Assembly: GCA_044506615.1 (NCBI GenBank)
Contig: JBIQKJ010000005.1
Span: 568 to 64,567, forward strand
Reading direction: 5' to 3'
Length of the DNA: 64,000 bases
DNA from: Chloroflexota bacterium
GTDB lineage: Bacteria; Chloroflexota; Limnocylindria; Limnocylindrales; CSP1-4
Below are positions 44,060 through 53,325 of this stretch, in pieces (the stretch's first letter is position 1; the number at the start of each line of letters is the position of its first letter). The position numbers were made by a program, and so were the translations under genes. The notes under the pieces were generated by a model. It ran no database searches. It had not been told where the DNA came from and saw only the letters and a list, made by a program, of their open reading frames with translations.

Positions 44060-44193
44060 CGTTCCGTGGATCTCCTCTCGATGGATCGCCGAGAGCGTAC
44101 CGCGTCGGCGCGCGATGCGAGGGATCCGACCGGGGCGTCCGCTCGGCCCCTGGACGACCCGGGGCCTCTCCCCGGCATTCGCCGCAGTCGAAC

Positions 44194-44369
44194 GCTTTCG
44201 TGCCGAAGCAAGCGAGGATGGCTCCCTGGCGACCGAGTGTCCGCCCCGGGCGAACAGTCCACGAGCGAAAGCACCCGATCGCGGGCCGTCGACCTCGGAA
44301 CGTCCGCTGTAGCCGAACGGCACGATGCGGCGAGCCCCCCTCGCGACCGAATGTTCGCGCTCGGCGAAC
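44194..44369. repeat. Intergenic REP-like composite: 32-bp direct repeats and nested inverted repeats
   Basis: 44224-44255 vs 44338-44369 match at 26/32 ungapped. GCTTTCG/CGAAAGC and CGTGCCG/CGGCACG inverted pairs. Confidence 0.6.
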
Positions 44370-44417
44370 GTTGCGCCGAAAGGTCCGGCGCGGCCTGCGG
44401 TCACCACCCCCGGCGCA

Positions 44418-46445
44418 TCACGGCTCGACGACCGCGACGACGGCTCCGCGCACGACCTGCGCCCCGGCGGCGACCTCGACCGCAGTCACCCGCCCCGCGA
44501 TCGGCGCCGTCACCGCATGCTCCATCTTCATCGCCTCGAGCGTCACGAGGGGATCGCCGGCCTCGACCCCGGCGCCGACTGCCACGTGCACCGACGCGAC
44601 GGTCCCGGGCATCGGGGCCGTCACCTCGAGGGGTCCGCCCTCGTGCGCGTGGGCCGCGGCCGCCCGTGCCGCCCGATCGACGTCCGGCGGCGGCGCGAGC
44701 CGGAACGGGACGCTGCGGCCGTCGACGTCGACATGGACCGTGTCGCCGATCCGCACGCGCGCACGCGCAGGCGTAGCTCCGCGAGGCGTCGTCGGGAGCC
44801 GCACCATGCGCCCGACTCCCTCCGCCTCGAGCCGGACCGAGGGCGACGCGTTGATCCGCCACCCACCGGTCCACGGGTCGGTCTGCGGGTCCCCGGCGAG
44901 GAAGAGGGTCGCGGCAACGGACCAGGCATCGTCGGGGATCGAGTCGCCGTCCCGTGCAGCCCCGGCAGGCGGCCAGATCGCGTCGAGCGTGTCGATCCGC
45001 GCCTCGCCGGTTCGCAGGATCGGGTGCCGCACGAGCCATCGGAGAAAGCGCAGGTTGGTCGTGAGCCCGAGCACGACGGTCTCGTCGAGGGCCGTCGCGA
45101 GCCGGTCGAAGGCAGCTCCCCGGTCCGGGCCGTGGGCGACGATCTTGGCGAGCATCGGATCGAACCGGTCGGTGACCATCGAGCCGACCTCCACGCCGGC
45201 GTCGACCCGGACCCCCTCGCCGTCCGGCCAGCGCAGTGCCTCGATCCGACCCGTCGCCGGCAGGAACCCCGCCTCGGCGTCCTCCGCATAGAGCCGGACC
45301 TCGACCGCGTGGCCCTCGGAACGGACGTCGTCCTGCCCGAACCCGAGCGGCTCGCCCGCGGCGATCCGGAGCTGGTCCGCGACGAGGTCGCGTCCCGTGA
45401 CGAGCTCGGTCACCGGGTGCTCGACCTGGAGCCGCGTGTTCATCTCGAGGAACACGAACTGGCCCTCCCCGTCGAGCAGGAACTCGCACGTCCCTGCCGA
45501 CACGTAGCTGACCGCCCGGGCGAGCGCCAGCGCCGCGTCCCCGAGGCGCCGTCGGATCGCTGGGTCGACCGCGGGCGACGGCGTCTCCTCGAGGACCTTC
45601 TGGTGACGCCGCTGGATCGAGCAGTCGCGTTCGCCGAGGTGGACCCCCGTGCCGAAGGCGTCGAACAGCACCTGGACCTCGACGTGCCGCGGCCCCTCGA
45701 GGTAGCGCTCGAGCACGAGGCGCTGGTCGCCGAACGCCGCCTGCGCCTCGCGGCGCGCCGCGGCCAGCGCGGCGTCGAGCTCGGGGAGGCTCCGCACCAC
45801 GCGCATCCCCTTGCCGCCGCCACCCGCGGCCGGTTTCACGAGCAGCGGCGCCCCGATCCGGCGGGCGGCGGCGCGGAGGGCCCCGTCCGACTGGTCGGCG
45901 CCGTCGTACCCGGCGGCGACCGGGATGCCGAGCTTCGTGGCGAGCCGACGCGCCGCGGCCTTGTCGCCCATCGCCCGGATCGCCTCGGGCGGGGGACCGA
46001 CCCAGCGCATGCCGGCGCGCTCGACCGCGGCGGCCAGCTCGGGTGACTCGGCCAGGAATCCGAACCCGGGATGGACCGCATCGGCCGATGCGGCGGTCGC
46101 GGCGGCGACCACCGCGCCGACGTCGAGGAGGTCGACGGCGTCCGGCCCCTCGGTCGGTGGGGCGATCGCCACGATGCCCACACGTGCGCACGTGCGCTCG
46201 ATCCGGGCGGCGATCTCGCCCCGGTTGGCGATGAACAGCCGGCCGATGGCCCGCGAGGCTGCGGCTCCGTCAGCCCGGTGAGGCGCAGCGCGTCGGTCGA
46301 ACGCGTCAATCGCGTCAATCGCGACACGCCACCGACCGCCCACGCGTCGCGCCGGGAGCGTCCCTGCCGCTATCCATCGCTGCACCGAGCGGGTCGTCGT
46401 GCCGAGTCGTTCGGCAGCCTCTCGCGGCGTCAACTCTTCGGCCAT
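44418..46445 (-). CDS. liuD: Acyl-CoA (methylcrotonyl-CoA) carboxylase alpha subunit (BC + biotinyl domain) with N-terminal excisionase/HTH_17 domain
   Basis: LTPREAAERLG...VQRWI..G.LPARRVGGRWRV; then ANRGEIA, HPGFGFLAE, GGGGKGM, RDCSIQRRHQK, EMNTRLQVEH, EAMKME. Confidence 0.92.
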   Translation of the reverse strand: MAEELTPREAAERLGTTTRSVQRWIAAGTLPARRVGGRWRVAIDAIDAFDRRAAPHRADGAAASRAIGRLFIANRGEIAARIERTCARVGIVAIAPPTEGPDAVDLLDVGAVVAAATAASADAVHPGFGFLAESPELAAAVERAGMRWVGPPPEAIRAMGDKAAARRLATKLGIPVAAGYDGADQSDGALRAAARRIGAPLLVKPAAGGGGKGMRVVRSLPELDAALAAARREAQAAFGDQRLVLERYLEGPRHVEVQVLFDAFGTGVHLGERDCSIQRRHQKVLEETPSPAVDPAIRRRLGDAALALARAVSYVSAGTCEFLLDGEGQFVFLEMNTRLQVEHPVTELVTGRDLVADQLRIAAGEPLGFGQDDVRSEGHAVEVRLYAEDAEAGFLPATGRIEALRWPDGEGVRVDAGVEVGSMVTDRFDPMLAKIVAHGPDRGAAFDRLATALDETVVLGLTTNLRFLRWLVRHPILRTGEARIDTLDAIWPPAGAARDGDSIPDDAWSVAATLFLAGDPQTDPWTGGWRINASPSVRLEAEGVGRMVRLPTTPRGATPARARVRIGDTVHVDVDGRSVPFRLAPPPDVDRAARAAAAHAHEGGPLEVTAPMPGTVASVHVAVGAGVEAGDPLVTLEAMKMEHAVTAPIAGRVTAVEVAAGAQVVRGAVVAVVEP

Positions 46446-46447
46446 GG

Positions 46448-46479
46448 TGTCGCGATTGTCGCGCCTCGCCCGCCTCGCC
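46448..46479 (-). promoter_or_regulatory. Promoter with 9-bp-period direct repeats upstream of the HTH-carboxylase
   Basis: GGCGAGGCG x2 and CGCGACA x2 on the minus strand, between TTGCCG (-35) and the ATG, overlapping GACAAT (-10). Confidence 0.55.
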
Positions 46480-46510
46480 GGCAAGCGTTGACATCGGGCC
46501 GGGCCCCGGC

Positions 46511-47317
46511 TCAGCCCTCGTCGTCGGGCGCCCAGGCCGGTCGGCGCTTCTCGGTGAAGGCGGCGAACCCCTCCTGCGCCTCCGCGCTCGTTCGCTGCCG
46601 CGCGATGACCCGGGCGGTGTGCCACTTGGCGGCGCCATGCCCCAGGCCGCGGACCTCTCGCACGATCGCCTTCGCGGCGCGCGCGGCGGTCGGTCCCGCT
46701 GCCAGGACGTCGGCGACGGCAGTCTCGACCGCGGCGTCGAGCGCCGCCTCGCCTTCGACGACCTCGTGGACGAGCCCGATGCGCTGGGCCCGCACCGCGT
46801 CGAATCGCCGACCGCCCGGAAAGAGCGCCCGGGCGTGGGTCTCGCCGATCTTCGCGATCACGAACGGTCCGATCATCGCCGGCAGGATGCCGAGCCGGGT
46901 CTCGGTGAAGCCGAAGCGCGTGCCCGACTCCGCGATGACGACGTCCGACACCGCGCACAGGCCCATCCCGCCCCCGAGTGCCGCGCCGTGGACGCGCGCG
47001 ATCACCGGCACGGGGCACGTGTCGATCGTCTCGAACATCTCGGCCCCGGCCATCGCGTCCTGCTCGTTGCCCTCGACGTCGAGCCGCATCGCGGCGCGCA
47101 TCCAGTCGACGTCGGCGCCCGCGCAGAACGACCGCCCTGCGCCCGTCAGGACGACCGCCCTGAGGGCCGTCGGGCCCTCGCGGGCGAAGCCGGTGAACGT
47201 CGTCCGAAGCTCGGCGATGAGCGTCGCGTTGAAGGCGTTGTGGACGTCCGGGCGGTCGAGCGTGACCCGCGCCACGACGCCGTTCGGACCGGTGCGCTCG
47301 ACGCGGACGAGCGCCAC
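46511..47317 (-). CDS. liuC: Enoyl-CoA hydratase (methylglutaconyl-CoA hydratase-like)
   Basis: LDRPDVHNAF, FCAGAD, ALGGGMGL, FGFTETRLGI.PA. Confidence 0.9.
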   Translation of the reverse strand: MALVRVERTGPNGVVARVTLDRPDVHNAFNATLIAELRTTFTGFAREGPTALRAVVLTGAGRSFCAGADVDWMRAAMRLDVEGNEQDAMAGAEMFETIDTCPVPVIARVHGAALGGGMGLCAVSDVVIAESGTRFGFTETRLGILPAMIGPFVIAKIGETHARALFPGGRRFDAVRAQRIGLVHEVVEGEAALDAAVETAVADVLAAGPTAARAAKAIVREVRGLGHGAAKWHTARVIARQRTSAEAQEGFAAFTEKRRPAWAPDDEG

Positions 47318-47321
47318 TGCG

Positions 47322-48107
47322 CTATCCGGCAGCCTGGGGGACGGCGTCGAGCACGGTGACCGCGTCGCCGAGTCGAATGCGACCCGGGCGCTCGACCTCG
47401 CCCCAGACGCCGAAGTCCACGTTCTCCCCGCCGCGCAGGCCGCGGTAGGCGATGATCGTGCGCAGCGTGTCCAGGTCGCGCTCGCCGGTGTCGGGATCGT
47501 GGGTCGTGATCGCGCAGCGCGGGACCTGCTTGCTGACGTACAGCTCCGCCTCGCCGACCCGGATCGTGCCGCCGATCCAGCTGTCCTCCTCGTGCGGCGC
47601 GCAGTCCCGGAGCTCGATCAGCATCCGGAACCGCCGACCGTCCACCGCCCCGACGCCGAGGTGCGATGCGAGGACGTCGAGCGATCCGTCGCCGACGAGC
47701 GTGGCCGGGTGCTTCTCGCGCGTGCCGCCGGGTCGGTCGACCCTGACGAGCCGGACGCGCCGGCCCGCGAACGGCTCGAGCGCCTCGGCCCACGGACCGT
47801 CGACGACATGCCCGTACGCGGTTCGGCCGTACATCGGGGTCACGATCGGCTCGGTGGGCCGGACCTCGTCCTCGATCACCCGACCGTCGGGGAAGGTGAG
47901 CCGGAGCGTCGTCGCGTCGCGGTCGGTGTGAGCGGCGACCTGCACGAGGCGGCCGGCCAGCAGGTTGTCCACGAGACGGCCGCCCTCGGTGATGAGGTAG
48001 AACCGGCGGTCCTCGGCAACGCCCCGCTCGGTCAGCTCGATCTCCGCGGGATGCTCGAGCGCGAGCGCCTTGACGGGGGCGATCGACAGGCGGGCGACGG
48101 TCGGCAT
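47322..48107 (-). CDS. MOSC domain protein
   Basis: APVKAL, DRRF, RRFRM, VPRCAITT.DP.TG, GVWGEVERPG.I..GD. Confidence 0.9.
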   Translation of the reverse strand: MPTVARLSIAPVKALALEHPAEIELTERGVAEDRRFYLITEGGRLVDNLLAGRLVQVAAHTDRDATTLRLTFPDGRVIEDEVRPTEPIVTPMYGRTAYGHVVDGPWAEALEPFAGRRVRLVRVDRPGGTREKHPATLVGDGSLDVLASHLGVGAVDGRRFRMLIELRDCAPHEEDSWIGGTIRVGEAELYVSKQVPRCAITTHDPDTGERDLDTLRTIIAYRGLRGGENVDFGVWGEVERPGRIRLGDAVTVLDAVPQAAG

Positions 48108-48157
48108 TGGCGGATGCTAGCCCATCGGCTCGAAGCGATGACGCGCACAATTCGGAC

Positions 48158-49099
48158 ATGCAGGTCACGCTGCCGAAGGCGAGCCCCGCCACGATTCCGG
48201 ACGACTGGACCGTGTGGGCCGCGACCGACCTGCACGGCCAGCTCGACGCGACCCGTGCCGCGCTGTTCGAGGCGCGGCTCGTCGACGATGCCGGGCGCTG
48301 GATCGCGCCGGCGGGGACGGCGTTCGTTGTGTGCGGCGACATCGTCGATCGCGGGCCGGACTCACTCGGGCTGCTTCGGTACCTGGTCGGGCTCCGCGAG
48401 GAGGCCGCGGTCGCCGGGAGCGCCGTCGCGCTGCTCGAGGGCAACCACGAGCTCCAGACGCGGCTGGCGATCGAGGGCGACCCGCTCGTCGCGGAAGCGT
48501 GGATGGTGTTCGGGGCGCCTGCGCTGCTCGTCTCGGCCGGGATCGCGGAGGGAGCGTTCTCGTACGACGATCCGCTCGACGCCGCCCGGCAGCTGGCCGC
48601 CGCCGCCCCGGACATCGCGACCGAGATCCGCGCCCTGGCGCCGTACGCCCGTTGGCGCGACGTGCTGCTCGTCCACGGCGGACCGGTGCCGGGGGTTGCA
48701 TCGCTGGAGGACTACGCGGCCAGCGTCGAGCGGTTGTGGATCCGCGCCGCGTTCTTCGACGCGCCCGAGCCGTTCCCGGACCATCCGGTGTGGCTGCGCT
48801 ACCGCGACGCAGGGATTGGGCGCGTCGTGTTCGGCCACACGCCGGTCGCGGCGCCGACCGCGTACCACGGAGGACGCGCCCTCAATATCGACACGTGGAA
48901 GGGCGGCCTGGTCACGCTGGCCCGGCTCGAGCCCGACGGCGTCCCGCTTGCCGGTCAGTTCGTCAGCGCGCCGGTTGCGCCTCGGCTCCCGGAGGCGCGG
49001 CCGCCCGCCGCCGACGCCGGTCCTCGCTGGGACGCCATCCTGCCGCCGCACATCGACCGGCTCCGAGCGACGGTGGGGGCAGCCGCGACTACATCCTGA
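48158..49099 (+). CDS. Metallophosphoesterase (PPP/ApaH-like Ser/Thr phosphatase family)
   Basis: DLHG, GDIVDRG, GNHE, VHGG, FGHTP. Confidence 0.9.
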   Translation: MQVTLPKASPATIPDDWTVWAATDLHGQLDATRAALFEARLVDDAGRWIAPAGTAFVVCGDIVDRGPDSLGLLRYLVGLREEAAVAGSAVALLEGNHELQTRLAIEGDPLVAEAWMVFGAPALLVSAGIAEGAFSYDDPLDAARQLAAAAPDIATEIRALAPYARWRDVLLVHGGPVPGVASLEDYAASVERLWIRAAFFDAPEPFPDHPVWLRYRDAGIGRVVFGHTPVAAPTAYHGGRALNIDTWKGGLVTLARLEPDGVPLAGQFVSAPVAPRLPEARPPAADAGPRWDAILPPHIDRLRATVGAAATTS

Positions 49100-50687
49100 A
49101 CACGCCGAACCGAGTCTCGGGGATCGGCGCGTGGAGCGCTGCCTCGATCCCGAGCGCAAGGATGCGCCGCGTGTCGAGCGGGTCGATGACCCCGTCGTCC
49201 CAGAGGCGCGCCGTGGCGTAGTACGGGTTTCCCTCGCGCTCGTACGTCTCGAGGATCGGCGCTTCGAAGGTCTCACGCTCCTCGTCGGAGCCGAAGCCGC
49301 CTCGGACCGTCGACAACACCCGGGCCGCCTGCTGGCCGCCCATGACGCTGATGCGTGCGTTCGGCCAGGTCCACAGGAAGCGCGGTTGATAGGCCCGCCC
49401 GGCCATCGCGTAGTTGCCGGCCCCGAAGCTGCCGCCGACGATCACCGTGAGCTTCGGCACCTCGGCGCTCGCGACCGCCGTCACGAGCTTCGCCCCGTCC
49501 TTCGCGATGCCGCCCGCCTCGTACTCGCGCCCGACCATGAAGCCCGTGATGTTCTGGAGGAACAGCAGCGGGATCCGTCGCTGCGCCGCGAGCTCGATGA
49601 AGTGCGCGCCCTTGAGCGCCGACTGGCTGAACAGGATCCCGTCGTTGGCGAGGATGCCGATCGGATAGCCCTCGAGGTGGCCGAAGCCGCACACCAGCGT
49701 CTCGCCGTAGCGTGGCTTGAACTCGTGGAACCGGCTGCCGTCGAGGAGGCGGGCAATGATCTCGCGGACGTCGACGGCGCGCCGCGGATCCGACGAGATC
49801 GCGGCATAGAGGCTTCCCGGATCGACGGCGGGCGGCTCGGGGGCGCGCCGGTCCCAGGGGAGCGGCGGGGGACGCCGGTTCAGGTTCGCGACGATCGACC
49901 GACCGAGCGCGAGCGCGTGCTCGTCGTCGAGCGCCTCGTGGTCGGCGACGCCCGAGAGCCGGGTGTGGACGTCCGAGCCGCCGAGGTCCTCGGCGCTGAC
50001 GTCCTCGCCGGTCGCGGCCTTCACGAGCGGCGGACCGCCGAGGAAGATCGTGCCGGTGCCACGGACGATGACGGTCTCGTCGCTCATCGCCGGGACGTAG
50101 GCGCCGCCGGCCGTACAGCTGCCCATCACGAGCGCAACCTGCGGGATCCCGAGCGCCGACATCCGGGCCTGGTTGTAGAAGATCCGCCCGAAGTGGTCGC
50201 GGTCGGGGAAGACCTCGGCCTGGAGCGGCAGGAACGCGCCGCCCGAGTCGACGAGGTAGATGCACGGCAGCCGGTTCTCGAGCGCGATCTCCTGCGCCCG
50301 CAGGTGCTTCTTCACCGTCATGGGGTAGTACGTGCCGCCCTTGACGGTCGCGTCGTTGGCGACGACGACGCACGTCGTGCCTTCGACCCGCCCGATCCCG
50401 GTCACGATCCCCGCGCTCGGCGCCTCGTCGTCGTAGAGGCCGTTGGCGGCGAGCGGGCTCAGCTCGAGGAACGCCGAGCCGGGGTCGAGCAGCCGATCGA
50501 TCCGCTCGCGGACGGGGAGCTTGGCGCGTTCCCGGTGCCGGGCGATCGAGCGATCGTCGCCGCCGGCGCCGCGGCCCGCGACCGCCTCCTGTCGGTTGCG
50601 CAGCTCCTCGACGAGGACGGCCATCGCCGCGTGGTTCGCCCGGGCGTCCGGGCTGTCGAGGTCGAGCCGGCTCCGCAGGACGGACAT
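49089..50687 (-). CDS. liuB: Methylcrotonyl-CoA carboxylase beta (carboxyltransferase) subunit
   Basis: [54 protein letters not shown]. Confidence 0.95.
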   Translation of the reverse strand: MSVLRSRLDLDSPDARANHAAMAVLVEELRNRQEAVAGRGAGGDDRSIARHRERAKLPVRERIDRLLDPGSAFLELSPLAANGLYDDEAPSAGIVTGIGRVEGTTCVVVANDATVKGGTYYPMTVKKHLRAQEIALENRLPCIYLVDSGGAFLPLQAEVFPDRDHFGRIFYNQARMSALGIPQVALVMGSCTAGGAYVPAMSDETVIVRGTGTIFLGGPPLVKAATGEDVSAEDLGGSDVHTRLSGVADHEALDDEHALALGRSIVANLNRRPPPLPWDRRAPEPPAVDPGSLYAAISSDPRRAVDVREIIARLLDGSRFHEFKPRYGETLVCGFGHLEGYPIGILANDGILFSQSALKGAHFIELAAQRRIPLLFLQNITGFMVGREYEAGGIAKDGAKLVTAVASAEVPKLTVIVGGSFGAGNYAMAGRAYQPRFLWTWPNARISVMGGQQAARVLSTVRGGFGSDEERETFEAPILETYEREGNPYYATARLWDDGVIDPLDTRRILALGIEAALHAPIPETRFGVFRM

Positions 50688-50752
50688 GGCGGGATGATAG
50701 GCGCGCATCGTGCCGACGGAACCGGCGGCCCCGCTCGGGCGTCCTGCGTGCC

Positions 50753-51199
50753 ATGCGCCGCTGGTCGTTGGTCCTGCTGCTCGTCGCCGTTGCGTCCTTC
50801 GCCGGCGCGTGCGCGTTGCTGCCGTCGGCCGCGACCGGCCCGCTCGTCACCGTCGAGTACCGCGGCGGCGAATGTCCCGAGGGGATGTGCGAGACCGTGA
50901 TGGTCATCGAGCGTGACGGCCGCGTCCACCGGACCGTGCCCGACGAGTTCGAGACCCACCGCGTCGACGCCGACGCCATCCGGGTGCTCGAGGCCGCGAT
51001 CGGTGCCGCCGACTTCGGCGCCATTCGTGCGCGGCCGTTCACCGGGGAGTGCCCCGTCAACTTCGACGGCCAGGAGGTCGTCTACACGTTCGCGGCGCCG
51101 TCGGGCGAGCAGCGGATCGCGTCGTGCGAGGTCGAGATCGATCCCGGGCACCCGCTGTTCCTCGCGGTCGACGCGGTCCTGGGCGCCGCCTCGAACTAG
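50753..51199 (+). CDS. Putative lipoprotein (148 aa)
   Basis: Signal peptide with FAGAC lipobox; paired Cys (GGECPEGMC; CP..FDG). Confidence 0.75.
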   Translation: MRRWSLVLLLVAVASFAGACALLPSAATGPLVTVEYRGGECPEGMCETVMVIERDGRVHRTVPDEFETHRVDADAIRVLEAAIGAADFGAIRARPFTGECPVNFDGQEVVYTFAAPSGEQRIASCEVEIDPGHPLFLAVDAVLGAASN

Positions 51200-51528
51200 C
51201 CTCGGCCGCGGCGGAGGCCCGCGACCGAGACCAGCACCCCGACCCCGAGCGTCCCCGCCGAGCCGACGACCCACGGCGTGAGGTCCGGCCCCCGGCACGA
51301 CGCCGGGTCGCATCGAAGCGCAGCGGCCGTCCAGACGAGGACCCACACGAGGCCGAGACCCGCCAGCGCGCCCCCGACGGCCGGAGCTCGATGGCGGCTG
51401 CGGGCGGCGCCGGCGAGCAGGGCGAGGCCGAGCGGCCACCCGATCACCGGGAGGCTGACCGAGGCCAGCCCGATGGCACACCCGGCGACCGCGGCGGCGA
51501 ACCAGTCGTGGGATGCGGCTGCGTTCAC
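51196..51528 (-). CDS. Small membrane protein
   Basis: Hydrophobic, 110 aa. GTGA overlap with the upstream ORF. Confidence 0.55.
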   Translation of the reverse strand: MNAAASHDWFAAAVAGCAIGLASVSLPVIGWPLGLALLAGAARSRHRAPAVGGALAGLGLVWVLVWTAAALRCDPASCRGPDLTPWVVGSAGTLGVGVLVSVAGLRRGRG

Positions 51529-51962
51529 GCCGTGGGCGACGGCCGCACGAGGGTTCGCATCACGACGACCCACGCTCCGGCGCAGGCCAGCGCAAGCCCA
51601 AGGGCCGGCGGCCCGACGACGATCAGCCCGATGACCGGCAGCACGGCCAACGCGAAGAGGAACGACTCCGCTCCGCCTGCCGACGACGACAGCGCGATGC
51701 CGACGCAGAGGAGAACGTCGCCGAGCAGGACCGCGAGGACCGCCATTCGCAGCGCGAGCAGCAGTGCACCCGGCCAGGAGGCATCCGCCGCGTCGGAGCC
51801 ATAGCGCCAGCCGAGGACGGCGCCACTGATCGCGCCGAGCCCGCCGGCCGGGACCAGGATGTCCCAGTCCGGGACGAGGAGGCCGACGGCGGCCGGTACG
51901 ATACCGAGGAGCAATCCCGCCACGCCCCCCAACACTCGGGTCCCGTCGCCGCCGCGCCTCAT
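51525..51962 (-). CDS. Membrane protein (about 4 TM)
   Basis: GAGGAG RBS; four hydrophobic segments. Confidence 0.65.
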   Translation of the reverse strand: MRRGGDGTRVLGGVAGLLLGIVPAAVGLLVPDWDILVPAGGLGAISGAVLGWRYGSDAADASWPGALLLALRMAVLAVLLGDVLLCVGIALSSSAGGAESFLFALAVLPVIGLIVVGPPALGLALACAGAWVVVMRTLVRPSPTA

Positions 51963-52002
51963 GGGTCCGCTCCTCAAGCGTGCTACTGTTGTATAGCAAG
52001 TT

Positions 52003-52776
52003 ATGGCCGAGAAACACGCTACTGTCAATGGGCAAGTTCCCGACACCGGTGCCCCCGTGCGCCCGGTGAGGCGGGGCTCGCCCACGGCCGAATCGATCCG
52101 CCTCGATCTGGCCAGCGCATGGGGCGAGATGGGCGCCGCGTGGGGCGTCACGCCCGCGATCGCCCGGGTGCAGGCCTACCTCATGGCGCGTCAGGAGCCC
52201 CTCACCGAGCGCGAGGTCCGCGAGGCGCTCGGCTTGAGCCACCGCGCTGCGAGCCTGGCACTCGCCGAGGCGGAGTCGTGGGGGATCGTCGAGCGGGTGC
52301 CGGAGCCGCGGCGTGTCGGACGCCGGGGGCCTGCCGGGACCGCGTACCTCGCGGTCGGGGACCACTGGCAGTGGTTCGGGCGGGTGATCGCCGAGCGGAA
52401 GGTCCGGGAGGGCGACCCGATCGTCAAGGTGCTCGAGGCGAAGGCCGAGGAGGCAGCCCGGGCGGCCGCCGAGCACCCCGACGACACCGAGCTCGCCTCG
52501 CTGCGCGACTGGCTCGCGGCATTCCTCGTGTTCGTTCGCCTGTTCGACCGGGCGATCGGGCTCGTGCCGAAGCTCGAGCCGCGCGAGCTCGAGCGGGGGT
52601 TGAACCTGCTCGGCCGGGTGCCCGACGAGACGATCCTGCGGCTGTTCGACCTGCTCGCCGGTCTGCCCGACGAGGACGTGCTCGACCTGGTCGAGGCGCT
52701 GTCGCGACTGTCGCCGACGGCCGCCCGGCGCGCGACGAAGCTCATGTCGGGGGTCGTGCGCACGGTCGCGCGCTGA
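52003..52776 (+). CDS. GbsR/MarR-family transcriptional regulator with C-terminal extension
   Basis: MGAAWGV....ARVQAYL...PLT..EVREALGLS....S..L.E...WGIV. Start uncertain. Confidence 0.85.
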   Translation: MAEKHATVNGQVPDTGAPVRPVRRGSPTAESIRLDLASAWGEMGAAWGVTPAIARVQAYLMARQEPLTEREVREALGLSHRAASLALAEAESWGIVERVPEPRRVGRRGPAGTAYLAVGDHWQWFGRVIAERKVREGDPIVKVLEAKAEEAARAAAEHPDDTELASLRDWLAAFLVFVRLFDRAIGLVPKLEPRELERGLNLLGRVPDETILRLFDLLAGLPDEDVLDLVEALSRLSPTAARRATKLMSGVVRTVAR

Positions 52777-52870
52777 GGTCGCGGCGTCGCGGTGCCGCAC
52801 GAGCCGCGCCGGTGTGGGGCGTGGCGCTGGAGTCGCAGAGGCGCAGCCCCGCTACGGCCACCCGTGCCCG

Positions 52871-53040
52871 GTGCATGGTCATCCCGAGCACGAGCGCGTG
52901 CGGTTCCCTGACCGGGGGCGCGGCCGCGCTCCCGATTCGGGCGGCATATCGCTCACGGCGACCATGCACGTGGAATCCGGGGGCATGTCGCCCGGTGGCA
53001 GCCGGATATCGATGCACCGCACGCTCGCGGTGACCATGCA
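52871..53040. repeat. Intergenic composite inverted repeat
   Basis: GTGCATGGTCA (52871) pairs with GACCATGCAC (52960) and TGACCATGCA (53031). CGAGCGCGTGCGG/CCGCACGCTCG arms. Confidence 0.6.
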
Positions 53041-53196
53041 GCGAGCATCGGGCGCGACAGGCCGCGCGTTGGGCGCCCGCGGGCCCGAGCAAGAACCCGT
53101 GCCGGCCGCCGGGCCCGGCCCGATGCGACCCGCGGGGCCCGGGACCCCCAACAAGGCCGCGGCGACGACCGGTCCACTTCCCCACGAGGTGGCTCT

Positions 53197-53225
53197 TTGG
53201 GCCTTCTCCGGGCGCGTGCGATAAT
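53197..53225 (+). promoter_or_regulatory. Sigma70-type promoter for pdxST
   Basis: TTGGGC-N17-GATAAT with extended TG at 53217-53218. Confidence 0.55.
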
Positions 53226-53325
53226 CCGCACGCGCGAGGGGCCCGGCCGACTCGAACGGGCGAGGACCCCGGGGCCAGACCCGGCCGGCGGACCGAGCGC
53301 ACAGCGTCGAAGGAATCCGTCCCAC

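Noticed and set aside
46071-50900. 1,609-aa plus-strand ORF spanning the liu genes
   Set aside because: It crosses several motif-supported genes on both strands and has the low-complexity Arg/Pro/Ala composition typical of off-frame GC-rich DNA.
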